From Squalus acanthias (taxonomy: Eukaryota): 64,000 bases of DNA. Location of the stretch: positions 372,001 through 436,000 of the forward strand of contig JASTWF010000110.1 of NCBI GenBank assembly GCA_030390025.1, read 5' to 3'. Position 1 is the stretch's first letter; the number at the start of each line of letters is the position of its first letter. The notes under the pieces are model-generated. The model saw only the letters and a program-made list of their open reading frames with translations, was not told the DNA's origin and searched no databases. Positions 49,113 to 60,942 of this stretch are shown one piece after another. The translations under genes were made by a program, and so were the position numbers.

Positions 49113-49489
49113 TACAGTAAAGGAAAATGAGAAGACCAGAAAGGGGACAGTTTACATTACATTCAATATTTGAATTTCTGCACTGACAGAGTAACCGAGT
49201 GCAGTGCAAAAAGGGTCAATATTTTAGCTAAATCCATTACATCAAACGTGGTCATTTCAGCTTTGAGCGATGGTGTAAAATGGGCCATATCGATTTAGCC
49301 GACCATTATACACCCACATAATTTTCCATTCCATTAAAGTTAATAGAAGGGAAAATCAGGCGGGTGTATAACAGGTGGTCAACTCGATACTGCCCACCTT
49401 ACACCATCGCCCAAAGCGAAAATGACCCCCAAACACTTCTAAAGATTTTCCGAGGCATTAATTCTGATGAGTTCCTATTTTTTTTTATT

Positions 49490-50980
49490 TCATTGTCGGG
49501 ATGTGGGTGTCACTGACAAGGCCGACAATTATTTCCCATCTCTACGCCACTTCAGAGAGTATTTAAGAGTTAACCATTTGGGACTGGAGTCGCATACAGG
49601 CCAGACCATGTAAGGACGGCAGGTTTCCTTCCCCACCTCACGGGTTATTTTATCTTTTGATTCTTGTGCACTTTCTCCCCCTTCCCTTGTTCTGTTCCTT
49701 TTTAAATGCTGTAATATCTCTCAGTTCTGAGGCAGGGTCCTTTTTACTCATTCTTGGGATGCCTTGTTGTCCTAAATGGTGGTGGTTTGTAGTTTGATAT
49801 GACTGAACAACCCATGGTGGTGTGGGACTGGAGTTACGTATAAGCCAGACTGAGTGAAGGGAATTAATGAACCAGTTGGGTTTTTCCTGACAGTCCAGTT
49901 GATCTAATGCACTATTACTTAATTCAAATCCTCAAACCGCTATAGTGGGATTTGAACTTCTGTTCTCTGGATTAAAGAAGGAAAGATTTGCATTTAGATA
50001 GCACCTTACACGACATCAGGACATCCCAAAGCGCTTTACAGCCAAATGAAGTACTTTTGAAGCTGTTGTAATGTAGGAAACCCAGCAGCCAATTTACGCA
50101 CAGCAAGATGCCACAAGCATCAACGTGATAATGACCTGTTAATCTGTTTTAGTGATGTTGGTTGCGGGATTAATACCAGGCCACCGGGGAGAACTGCCCT
50201 GCTCTTTTTTTTTGGAAATAGTGCCAACTGGGCCATCTCATCTGAAAGACGACAGCTCTGCACTGGGAGTGTCAGCCTAGAATTTCAGCTCGAGTCCATG
50301 GAGTGGGTCTTGAACCCACAACCTTCTGACCCGGAGGATGAGAGTGCGATCCACTGAGCCACGGCTGACACCTCCCACTCGGCCAGTCGCAGAACCGCTA
50401 CACTACCGTACACTGGTAACTATTTAAAGCAGTTCGCTAGAGCATGTTGTTGGCGTGCAGGGTCTGAATGCTGCAGCCTGCGCTAGGAGCAGTTGCACTT
50501 GCTGCAGCGATAACCACAGCAAGGCCACAAGCTGCTTCCTGAGTACAGCCGCTTCATGCAGCCCGTCCTTTAAGTGTAAAAACCCCAATTACCCCACTGC
50601 TCTTGGACCTCACACAGAGCCTCTGTAAAACCCTGAGGAAGGGTACTGGATTTAATGGGCCTCTACCAACATATTTCCACAGCCCTCTTTTGGACCCCGT
50701 CTGCCCTCTCAGGTGGATGTAAAAGATCCCATGGCACTGTTTGGAAAAGAAGAGCTGGCGAGTTCTCCCAGCCAACATTTATCCCTCAACTAATGTCACC
50801 AAAAGCAGTTTAATTAGTCATTTGTCTCATCTCTATTTGTGGGAGCTTGTTGTGAGGTAAATTGGCTGCCGCGCTTCCCACATTACAACATTGACTACAC
50901 TTCAAAAGCACTTAATTGGCTGTGAAGTGCTTTGGGACATCCTTAGGTCCATGAAAGGTGCAATATCCTTCGTTCTTTTC
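49490..50980. mobile_element. Cluster of degraded SINEs (tRNA-SINE minus 49490-49970; Deu-SINE minus 49980-50372; Deu-SINE plus 50695-50980)
   Basis: Recognisable by similarity to 13038-13385 and 45762-46236. Confidence 0.7.
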
Positions 50981-51335
50981 TGAGTTAAATCAACCCCGAC
51001 CTCAAGTATTGGAATACTTAATTTAATGACTAGCTGAATATTACTTTTGTTGAGGGGATTTACTATATCTTAATCTGCTACATTCTGAAAAGGAATCTTG
51101 AAATAGTAGTCTTTAAAATTTCCAGCAAATGCTGGAGCTGGCACTTCCAAATGTTACTAAATCATAAGCACCTGCTGGCAAGCATGATATTTCCCAACCA
51201 GAATCTGAAGCTGAATCACAAAGGACATCTAAGCAGTTAGACGCTCATCTCACATCCCAGCCAGAACCTTAAATAACAACAGAAAACGCTGGAAAAACTC
51301 AGCAGGCCAGGCAGCATCCGTGGAGAGAGAAAGAG

Positions 51336-51372
51336 AGTTAACGTTTCGGGTCGATGACCTTTCATCAGAACT
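51336..51372 (-). ncRNA. Minimal hammerhead ribozyme motif in the Penelope pLTR
   Basis: agtt-CTGATGA-aa-ggtc(atc)gacc-c-GAAA-cg-TT-aact: stem I agtt/aact, palindromic ACGT stem III. Confidence 0.65.
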
Positions 51373-51647
51373 GTGAAGAGCCGGAAATCAAATAGATTTA
51401 AGGCAAAGTAAAGCTGGGAAAAGGGGGAGGGGATAAAAGAACAAAGGGGGAGATGAAGAGACATTAAGAGACATTAAGAGATATGCAAGGCTAGAGGTGG
51501 TGTAAATGTGACAGATTAAGGCTGAAAGAAGTGTGAAATCCACTGGCAGAATGAAGGACAGCTGCCAGCTTCTAGGAGGAAAAAAAAGGTGGGGGGGGCA
51601 AATAAAAGGGTGGAAAAAATAAAATATAAATGTGATTGGAGCTGAGG

Positions 51648-53837
51648 TTATGATCTAAAATTGTTGAACTCGATATTGAGTCCAGAGGGCTGTAGCGTGC
51701 CTAAACGAAAGATGAGGTGCTGTTCCTCGAGCTTACGCTGAGCTTCCGTGGAACAGTGTAATAGGCCGAGGACGGTGAGGTCAGAGTGGGAGTGAAGCGG
51801 TGAATTAAAGTGACAGGCCACCGGGAGCTCGGGGTCCCCCTTACGGACTGAACGGAGGTGTTCCACAAAGCGGTCACCCAATCTGCGTTTGGTCTCCCCA
51901 ATGTAGAGGAGACCACATCGTGAGCAGCGAATACAGTATACTAAATTGCAGGAAGTACAAGTAAATCGCTGTTTCACCTGGAAGGGGTGTTTGGGGCCCT
52001 GGACAGTGGGAAGAGGGGAGGTGTAAGGGCATGTGTAGCATCTCCTGCGCGTGCACGGGAAGGTGCCGGGCGAAGGGGAAGGGGTGCTGGGGGTGGTAGA
52101 GGAGTGGACTAGGGTGTCGCGGAGGGAGCGGTCCCTGCGGAATGCTGAAAGGGGAGGTGAGGGGAAGATGTGTTTGGTGGTGGGATCACGCTGGAGGTGG
52201 CGGAAATGGCGGAGGATGATCCGTTGAATGTGGAGGCTGGTGGGGTGAAAGGTGAGGACAAGGGGAACCCTATCGTGGTTCCGGGAGGGAGGGGCAGGGG
52301 TGAGGGCAGAAGTGCGGGAGATAGAACGGACACGGTCGAGGGCCGTGTCGACCACGGTAGAGGGGAATCCTCGGTTGAGGAAAAAGGAAGACATGTCGGA
52401 AGCACTGGTATGGAAGGTGGCATCATCAGAGCAGATGCGGCGGAGACGGAGAAACTGGGAGAATGGAATAGAGTCCTTACAGGAGGCGGGGTGGGAGGAA
52501 GTGTAGTCCAGGTAGCTGTGGGAGTCAGTGGGCTTGTAGTGAATGTTAGTCAATAACCTATCCCCAGAGATGGAGATGGAGAAGTCGAGGAAGGGAAGGG
52601 AAGAGTCGGAGATGGACCATGTGAAGGTGAGGGAAGGGTGGAAATTGGAAGCATAGTGAATGAAATGTTCTAGTTCAGGGCGAGAGCAGGAGACGGCACC
52701 GATACAGTCATCAATGTACCGGAAAAAGAGGTGAGGGAGGGGACCCGAGTAGGACTGGAACAAAGAGTGTTCCACATATCCCACGAAAAGGCAGGCATAG
52801 CTAGGACCCATGCGGGTACCCATAGCAACACCTTTAATTTGGAGGAAATGGGTAGAGTCAAAGGAGAAGTTGTTCAATGTGAGAACAAGTTCAGCCAGGC
52901 GGAGGAGGGTGGTGGTGGATGGGGACTGGTTGGGCCTCTGTTCAAGGAAGAAGCGGAGCGCCCTCAGGCCATCCTGGTGGGGAATGGAGGTGTAGAGGGA
53001 TTGTACGTCCATAGTGAAGAGGAGACGGTTGGGGCCGGGAAACTGGAAACTGTTAAAATGGCGGAGGGCATCGGAAGAGTCGCGGATGTAGGTGGGAAGA
53101 GACTGGACAAGGGGAGAAAAAATAGAGTCGAGATAGGAAGAGATAAGTTCCGTGGGGCAAGAACAGGCTGAAACGATGGGTCTACCGGGGCAGTCCTGTT
53201 TGTGGATCTTGGGAAGGAGGTAGAAGCGGGCTGTGCGCGGTTGGGGAACTATGAGGTTGGCGGCCGTGGGGGGAAGATCTCCAGAGGAGATGAGGTCAGT
53301 GACGGTCTTGGACACGGTGGCTTGATGTTCAGTAGTGGGGTCATGGTCCAGGTGGAGGTAGGAGGAGGTGTCAGAGAGTTGGCGTTCAACTTCCGCTAGG
53401 TAGAGGTCGGTTCGCCAAACAACAACAGCGCCACCCTTGTCAGCAGGTTTAATGACAATGTCAGGGTTGGATCGGAGAGAATGGAGTGCTGCAAGTTCAG
53501 AGGGAGGTAGGTTGGAGTGAGTGAGGGGAGCAGAGAAATTGAGCTGGCCGATGTCACGGCGGCAGTTAGCAATGAAAAGATCTAGAGAGGGTAAGAGGCC
53601 AGAGGGAGGGGTCCAGGTGGAACGAGAATTCTGAAAGCGGGAGAAAGGGTCAGCCGTGCGGGGGGAAGACTCCTGGCCAGAGAAGTGGGCACGGAGACGG
53701 AGGCGGCGGAAAAAGAGCTCAGCATCGTGCCGAGCTCGAAATTCATTGAGATGGGGGCGTAAGGGGATGAAGGTCAGGCCTTTGCTGAGGACTGATCGTT
53801 CGGAGTCAGAGAGGGGAAGGTCAGAGGGGATAGTGAA
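51648..53837 (-). CDS. Penelope reverse transcriptase + GIY-YIG endonuclease, about 729 uninterrupted codons, native start missing
   Basis: IKPADKGGAVVV, LPKIHK, GRPIVS, MDVQSLYTSIP, GVAMG, RYIDD, linker CTRRRCYTC, LVYCIRCSRCGLLYIGET, EQHLIFRLGTLQPSGLN. Confidence 0.93.
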   Translation of the reverse strand, partial: FTIPSDLPLSDSERSVLSKGLTFIPLRPHLNEFRARHDAELFFRRLRLRAHFSGQESSPRTADPFSRFQNSRSTWTPPSGLLPSLDLFIANCRRDIGQLNFSAPLTHSNLPPSELAALHSLRSNPDIVIKPADKGGAVVVWRTDLYLAEVERQLSDTSSYLHLDHDPTTEHQATVSKTVTDLISSGDLPPTAANLIVPQPRTARFYLLPKIHKQDCPGRPIVSACSCPTELISSYLDSIFSPLVQSLPTYIRDSSDALRHFNSFQFPGPNRLLFTMDVQSLYTSIPHQDGLRALRFFLEQRPNQSPSTTTLLRLAELVLTLNNFSFDSTHFLQIKGVAMGTRMGPSYACLFVGYVEHSLFQSYSGPLPHLFFRYIDDCIGAVSCSRPELEHFIHYASNFHPSLTFTWSISDSSLPFLDFSISISGDRLLTNIHYKPTDSHSYLDYTSSHPASCKDSIPFSQFLRLRRICSDDATFHTSASDMSSFFLNRGFPSTVVDTALDRVRSISRTSALTPAPPSRNHDRVPLVLTFHPTSLHIQRIILRHFRHLQRDPTTKHIFPSPPLSAFRRDRSLRDTLVHSSTTPSTPSPSPGTFPCTRRRCYTCPYTSPLPTVQGPKHPFQVKQRFTCTSCNLVYCIRCSRCGLLYIGETKRRLGDRFVEHLRSVRKGDPELPVACHFNSPLHSHSDLTVLGLLHCSTEAQRKLEEQHLIFRLGTLQPSGLNIEFNNFRS

Positions 53838-53845
53838 ACCAGAAA

Positions 53846-54252
53846 CCAGAACCTTAACCAGTATCCCGGCCAGAACCTTAACCAGTATCCCAGCCAAAAC
53901 CTTAACCAGTATCCCAGCCAGAACCTTAACCAGTATCCCAGCCAGAACCTTAACCAGTATCCCAGCCAGAACCTTAGACCAGTATCCCTGCCAGAACCTT
54001 AACCAGTATCCCAGCCACAACCTTAACCAATATCCCAGCCAGAACCTTAACCAGTATCCCAGCCAGAACCTTAACCAGTATCCCAGCCACAACCTTAACC
54101 AATATCCCAGCCAGAACCTTAACCAGTATCCCAGCCAGAACCTTAACCAGTATCCCGGCCAGAACCTTAACCAGTATCCCGGCCAGAACCTTAACCAGTA
54201 TCCCGGCCAGAACCTTAACCAGTATCCCGACCAGAACCTTAACCAGTATTCC
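53846..54252. repeat. 24-bp minisatellite, about 17 copies
   Basis: Unit ccagaaccttaaccagtatcccag. Confidence 0.96.
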
Positions 54253-54254
54253 AG

Positions 54255-54760
54255 GCTAAATACTTAAAATGTAATATTTAATCACTTATTTTCAAAACCA
54301 TTTAGTGATGTCATGATACAGTATCACACAGGGGCTGGGTTTCTGTTATTTAAAGCAGTGACCGTGTGAACGGAATTTAAAACTGCCAGAATACATTGCG
54401 TCAGTGGTCCTCTTCTTTGAAATTATGAAGGGGTTCAATGGGGTGGAGGTGATTGAGTCCATCACAGTGGGGCATAAATATAAGATAGCCACTAACAGAT
54501 CAAAGAAAGAATTTAGAAGGAATGTCTTTATACAGCCAGTGATGAGATTGTGGAACTTGCTGTCATGTGGAGTGGTTGTAGCAGACAGCATTGATGCAGT
54601 TATGGGGAGGCTTGATGCTCACATGTGGGAGAAGGGAATAGAGGGATACGGAGGAGGAGGTAACTAGAGTGTGAGGAGGCTCGTGTGGAGTATAAACACT
54701 GGCGTGGACCGGTTGGGTCGAATGGCCTGTTTCTGTGCTGTAGATTCTATGTCATTTTAT
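54255..54760 (+). mobile_element. Family X fragment followed by a CR1 3' fragment (54410-54760)
   Basis: Parallels 48030-48410. Confidence 0.7.
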
Positions 54761-56412
54761 GAAGAAAATCCTGGAAATGTGGTCAAGCTACTTTTGCACA
54801 CTTCCCCCATTTCCAATTGAGAAAAAAGTGAAGTGAAACTGTGAACTAAACATTTTTTTGAAAAAGGTTAGCTAGAGAAATGTCAGAAAGCCGAGGCAGT
54901 TTTCTATTACAATGACGAGGGAGGAACTCGCTCAGCCCTGAACTGCGGTTAATTCTGGGATCAAGCTTTTGTTTCCGGGGTCGGTTCAATGTGAATATTG
55001 CTGCAATTGTCACATTACTGGTTCAGTGTAAGTTTACAAGGGAACACAGACTGAGTCCCCACACCACCAATTTCAAGACCGACAGGAGGTTTGCTACATT
55101 ATACTCATGGGGACTTGAATTTAAATAAACATTTTCATACATATTAGACAACACGCACAATTTTGAATGCATGAATTGTCGTTTAATCCTTGTTTCTGAT
55201 TTGAAATCCCAGAGACTGCTTCTGTCTTTCGGAAGAAATCCGAAATTAGTTCTAATGGGTCCAGATCTCTTAATCAAGCTTTAAAATAACAACAACTTAC
55301 ATTTATACAGAGGGCTCGATTTTAATAGCCCTGAGGAGGCGGGTTTGGAGGCGGGTCAGCAGCGAAAATCGGAAAAAAATGGCTTCAGGGACCCAACCCG
55401 CCTCCATCCCGCCCCCACCCGATTTTCGTGTCTGTTTAGCCGCTCCCAAATTGACCCGACTGGAACCAGTGGGACAGGTAGTTAAGGCAGTTAACAGCCT
55501 TTTAACTGCCTTGCTAATCCTATTTTGATAGTGGTCTCTCATTTTCGTTCTTCTGGCTCCTGTTTCCCATCTTGTCAGAAACAGGCCAGGTTCAAGGAGA
55601 CGAGTTTCTCGAGGACATGATTTGTATTCATTGGTGCAGCACTTTAAAAGCGCCCCTGAAACATGGCTGACATTCAAAAGCAACAACTTTGCTGTTGTAG
55701 GTTTGGGATAAGATTTTGCCCATCTACTGACCTTTGACTGTTCAAGCTGACCCCCATCTGCAGTGTGACCTGAATGGAATCATTTCAGGCCACTTCGACT
55801 GTGCGCTTGCAAGCTTGTTGCCTCAAATGAAATCTATAGCAACGGGATGGGAAACATTTATGCCCTCTCATCCTGGTCGTCATAACCGGAGGAGCAGCAG
55901 TCGCGTGGCTCAGCACAGATCTTCCTCGGAAGAGGAGGAGGAGGACGAGGAAGAAGAGGAAGAAGAGGAGGAGGACGAGGACGAGGAGGCGCACCTTGCG
56001 TGCCCTGTTGTGACCAATGCAGCATCCCTCCAGTTCACTGCTGCCCGTCAAGTAAGGTATGCACACTGCCATGCCACATTCGCATAAGCTTACTCTTCAA
56101 CCATAGGTGGCTACCATATGGCTCTCTAATTGTAGGCGACTTTTCTCAAATGCCATACATCATCTCTGCTATACCCTGTTATTTCCTATCACTTTTACCA
56201 TCAGAATTACAAATACAAGTCACCCTGAGCCCTCAATGCGCATTTGCCATTTCCCAGAAGATATAGGCCACACAATCAACTGTTTGCCATCATTTTCCTT
56301 TACGACATGACAAAAGGATCAAAAAACAAGTACAGTCAGAAAAATAACGACAAAACACCCACGTGAGTCCCCTTGTGACAATATGTGCTTAATCTTTCTC
56401 TTACATGTGCTT

Positions 56413-58583
56413 CTACTGTGGTGCTCTTTTTCTGGATGGTCCCAGAGGCACAGCGTCTGCATGCAGCTCAGCAGAGCTAGGAGAGTCCTGCGACCTCTGC
56501 CGAGGAATCTCCACTGCTGTCGCTGTCTCCACCATCTGCTGATGCTCACTTGTGCATTGTGATAGATCAGGTGGCAACACTGCTCTAACTTGCGAGGGCC
56601 CCACCGAGGTGATCGTTGCTGCGCTGGTGCTGGGTGCGCTGAGTCCTGATGGCGCTGCTCCTTCAGAGGCTTCAGGTTTGTCTGAGGAGTCGTCTGGCTC
56701 TTCGTCCTGGATCGTGGGGAGGGGGGTGCTCAATGGTCCTGTGGGAGAGTGAAGGCATGATTTAGATATCTGATATTGATGTAGCAGACACATCCTTTTG
56801 TGCAGATGATACAAAGCGATTCTCTGTGAACATCCTATGCCATTGCAGTCAATCACTAAATGTCAATGAGAGTGATGAAACTCTATTATGTCACCAGCTT
56901 CGTCTAGTGTGCCCATCTATCTCTCCATCGCCCACTTCCAGATCCTCGCCACCTCCAACAATTTTGTGTGCAGCCTCCTCAGCACTTGTCAAGGTTGCTA
57001 GGGTTGGTGTACCTCCTCCAGTCAGTGCTCTCTCCCTCTTATTATGGGCTAACTTTTCCTGCAAGGAGGGACACAAGCGGTGTTTCAGCCACAGTGTAAG
57101 ATCTTAAATGATCCCTCAGAGTTCTTGGACAAGACACAAATATGCAGCAGCCAGTATGTTTGAGCAATAGATCAAGATTTATTAAGCTTACAGCGTAATA
57201 TACTTAACAATAGGCGATAGTTTTAATGAGTTGCTCACAGCCCTTGGCCTCTGGAACCTCTTGGACACAGGGGACGCCATCTTCAATCTGTACCTTTGCC
57301 TTCGCAGTAGTTCTGTGTGAAGTTATTCTTTTAGTAGCGGGTTTTAACACTTTTCCTATCAACAGTTCATTTGGCCAGTGTCCATATATGGTCTTTAACA
57401 AAACCACCTTTTTTCATAGGTTCTAATGTTCAAAATACCATCTGTCACTCAGACTAAGGGTAGCATCTTGAAACGCCTGGCTCAGTAAATTTTCCAATAA
57501 CTCTACTCTGTTTCATTGTCATCTGGTTGATGCGTTTCTTCACTTTATTGGAACTTTTCTTATCTCTCTTATTCTATCTTCCCTGATACAAGCAGTATAC
57601 GGCCTAATACCAAGGAGCCAATGTCAGAGCTGTCTCCCTTATCTTGACAGTGTTCAGTCTATCTCACTTTGATCTACCAAGTGGACACTTTAACTCCCAA
57701 GATCTCTTTCATTTTACATCTTTTATACTAATTGTCTTTCAAATAGCTTTGCAATTAGTTTTGTTAAGTGAACTCTAATTCCTACTTAACATTATAATAT
57801 GTTATTGGTACTGTAATATGTTATTTAACAATTTAACCTTCACTCACAGCCTGTGGCTGTTTGTTATCTGAGTTTAGTCAAAGCTGCTTTTTAACTGTTT
57901 TGTGTCTACATTCGAACAGTCTTTAGCATTTCCGTACTCACAGAGAATCATGGGTAAGATTAGTTGGTCAATGGCTACACTTGAATTGATACATAGATGA
58001 TTCCCATCTTCTAAGAATCTCTAATACCAGTCTTTCGTACAACAGTGATGGAGTGAGTGTGAAGAATCCCTACCATAGAAGCTTTGAGGGAGATGAAGAT
58101 GGGGTAAGGTGCCAAGAGGAAGTGTTGTTAGTTGTTGTCACTGCATAACAGTGAGAGCGAGTCTGAGGGGTGCATAGGCAGGATGCTGAAGTGATTCAGT
58201 ACAGAGACAGAGATGGATAGGTAAGGGTGCAAGGGAAGTAAGGGTAAGGTGGTACATGGAGGAGAAGGCTTACAACGCAGAGTACTGTTGATAAGATGAG
58301 AAGAGAAGGGAAGCAGATTGAAGGCAAGTCTGATGGAATACTCACTTTTGATGTTCGCACAAGATCATGAAACCGTTTCCTGCACTGGATCCAGGTGCGT
58401 GAACACTGACCTTGCGCTGACCTCCTCAGCAATGCGCAGCCAGGCTGCCTCGGTCTGCTGAGGGGGCTTCCTCCTGCCATCCGGAGGGAAGAGAATCTCC
58501 CTGCGCCCTCTGACAGCATCCACAAGAACATGGAGGGACTCATCATTGAAGCGTGGAGCTGCCTTGCCTCTGGAAGAACTCAT
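56413..58583 (-). pseudogene. Harbinger Myb/SANT-like DNA-binding protein gene, frameshifted (exons about 58583-58346, 57058-56895, 56738-56413)
   Basis: MSSSRGKAAPRFNDESLHVLVDAV...AWLRIAEEVS [frameshift near 58400] RTWIQCRKRFHDL/gtgagt; next exon EKLAHNKRERALTGGG..LTSAEE. Confidence 0.82.
57095..58041 (-). mobile_element. Solo LTR (947 bp) in intron 1 of the Myb/SANT gene
   Basis: tgta...taca termini, 4-bp TSD acag (57091-57094, 58042-58045), minus-strand AATAAA about 85 bp from the end. Confidence 0.62.
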
Positions 58584-58854
58584 TGTCGTTGTCACAAATT
58601 CACAGACCATCCGGATCCAGAAGACAAAGGCTGAGGTTGAATGGGAGCTTTAAGAGCAGCTGCTATGATGACGTCATCTGAGGCAGCGAGCTGACCCGAT
58701 CGCACTCATTGGACCGGCCAGCGCGCCCCAATGAAGTCAACAAGCTGATTTAATTAAAATCGGACATCCACAGCTGATCCTGCCAGAAGCGGCTCCGGAA
58801 CCCGCCCACCACGCAACCCGACTCCAACCCGCCTCGGGAATTAAAATCGTGGCC

Positions 58855-60210
58855 AGAGCGTTTTACATAATAAAACATTCACAGGAACATTATCGGACAA
58901 AATTTGACACCCAGCCGCATAAGGAGATATTAGGACAGGTGATAAAGAGGTAGGTTTTAAGGAGTGTCTTAAAGGAGGAGAGAGAGGTAGAGAGGCAGAG
59001 TGGTTTAGGGAGGGAATTCCAGAGCTTTGGGCCAAGGCAGCTGAAGGCACAGCCAACACTGGCTTAGCGATTATAATCGGGGATGCTCAAGAGGCCAGAA
59101 TTGGATGAGCGCAGATATCTCGGAGGGTTGTAGGGCTGAAGGAGATTACAGAGATAGGGAGGGGCGAGGCCATGGAGGGATTTGAAAACAAGGATGAGAA
59201 TTTTAAAATTGAGTCATTGCTTAACCGGGAGCCAATGTAGATCAGCGAGCACAGGGGTGATGGGTGAACGGGACTTGGTGCGAGTTAGGACACGGGCAGC
59301 TGAGTTTTGGACGACCTCAAGTTTACGAGCATAGAATGTGGGAGGCCAGCCAGGAGTGCATTGAAATAGTCAAGTCCAGAGATAACAAAGAACATAAGAA
59401 CATAAGAAATAGGAGCAGGAGTAGGCTATTCAGCCTTTCGAGCCTGCTCTGCCATTCAATGAGATCATGGCTGATCTTCTGCCTCAACTCCATTCACCGG
59501 CCCTATCACCATATCCCTTGATGCCCTTACTAGTCAGAAATCTATCGACTTCTGTTTTGAATATACCCAATGACTGAGCCTCCACAGTCCTATGGGGTAG
59601 AGAATTCCAAAGGTTCACCACCCTCTGTGTGAAGAAATTTCTTCTCATCTCAGTCTTGAATGGCCTACCCTTTATCCTGAGGCTGTGGCCCCTGGTTCTA
59701 GATGCCCCAGCTAAGGGAAACATTCTCCCAGCATCCACCCTATCAAGCCCTGTAATAATTTTGTATGCTTCAATGAGATCCCCTCTCATTCTTCTGAATT
59801 CAAGAGAATACAGGCCTAGTTTACTCAATCTCTTCTCATACGACAGTCCCGCCATCCCAGGAATCAATCTCGTGAACCTTCGTTGCACTCCCTCTATGGC
59901 AAGTATATCCTTCCTTAGGTAAGGAGACCAAAATTGTACACAGTACTCCAGGCATGGAGGAGGGCTTCAGCAGCAGATGAACTGAGGCAGGGTTGGAGTT
60001 GGGTGTTGCTATGGAGGTGGAAATAGGCGGTCTTAGTGATGGCGCGGATATGTGGTCAGAAGCTCATTTCGGGGTCAAATATGACCCCAAGGTTGGAAAC
60101 AGTCTGGTTCAGCCTCAGACAGTTGCCAGGGAGAGGGATGGAATCAGTGGCTAGGGAACAGAGTTTGTGGCGGGGACCAAAGACAATGACTTCGGCCTTC
60201 CCCATATTTC
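58855..60210 (-). mobile_element. LINE2 (tail at 55288-55311) interrupted by a CR1 (59388-59955, minus)
   Basis: Antisense of 6720-7390; sequence resumes gcatggag.agggcttcagcagcagatga after the CR1. Confidence 0.82.
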
Positions 60211-60434
60211 GTTGAAGGCACGGCCGCCAATGGTGGAGTGATTAAAATCGAGAAATGGTCATTGCAGGGAACTGGGTTGTTAACATTCATTGTTACTGTT
60301 TATCCGTCTTGCAGTTTCCTGTTCTCGAGAGCTAGATTAACATCCCTGGCCCTTACTTCAGTGGTTAAGCGGACAGGAAGCCATATAAGAAGAAAATAGG
60401 CTTGATTGTTGGCAGGCCTTGACTAATTTATTCA

Positions 60435-60875
60435 TTTACAGGATGTGGGCATCCAGCATTTATTGCCCATCCCTAATTGCCCTTGAGAAGGTGGTGGTGA
60501 GCTGCCTTCTTGAACCGCTGCAGTCCTTCTGGTGAAGTTACTCTGACAGTGCTGACTTTGTCGCAGACGTTTGGTACAACTGAATGGCTTGCTCAGCCAT
60601 TTCAGAGGGCAGTTAAGAGTCACACATAGGCCAGGCTGGGTAAGGGTGGCAGGTTTCCTTCCCTAAAGCACATTAGTGAACCAGATGGGTTTTCACAACA
60701 ATTCAGTAGTTTCATGGTCACAATTACTGATACTAGCTTAATTAATTCCAGGCTTTTTTTTTAATTAACTGAGGTTAAATCCCCCGTGGTGGGATTTGAA
60801 CTCATGTTTCCTGGATTAATACTTCAGGTCTCTGGATTACTAGTCCAGTAACATTACCACTATGCTACCATACCA
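60435..60875 (-). mobile_element. tRNA-headed SINE (family of 13038-13385)
   Basis: ggatgtgggc...atttattgcccatccc...gggatttgaactc...ctggattactagtccagtaacatta. Confidence 0.75.
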
Positions 60876-60942
60876 CCCCTGAGGCAGATTCAGCAAGTTA
60901 ACCAAAGAAATTGTATAGAATGGACTCACCCAGCGGGACCCA

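Larger units (their letters stand above)
51273..53837 (-). mobile_element. Penelope-like retroelement (Neptune-like), 5' truncated
   Basis: Open RT+GIY-YIG frame plus 3' pLTR sequence ctgatgaaaggtcatcgacccgaaacgttaac...ctgctgagtttttccagcg. Confidence 0.93.
55312..58854. mobile_element. PIF/Harbinger transposon retaining the Myb/SANT gene, transposase core absent
   Basis: TIRs gggctcgattttaa / ttaaaatcgtggcc, subterminal gaggcgggtt(t)ggag at both ends, TSD AGA; inserted in an antisense L2 tail. Confidence 0.85.

Noticed and set aside
53838-54092. N-terminal extension of the 814-aa Penelope ORF
   Set aside because: It is the 24-bp minisatellite read in frame by chance, not the native N-terminus.
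55734-56087. Acidic poly-Glu ORF as a host protein
   Set aside because: Low-complexity GAG/GAA tract inside the Harbinger; at most a transposase remnant.
56413-58583. Domesticated host gene (NAIF1/MSANTD-like)
   Set aside because: It lies between TIRs with a TSD and has a frameshift inside the Myb/SANT domain.
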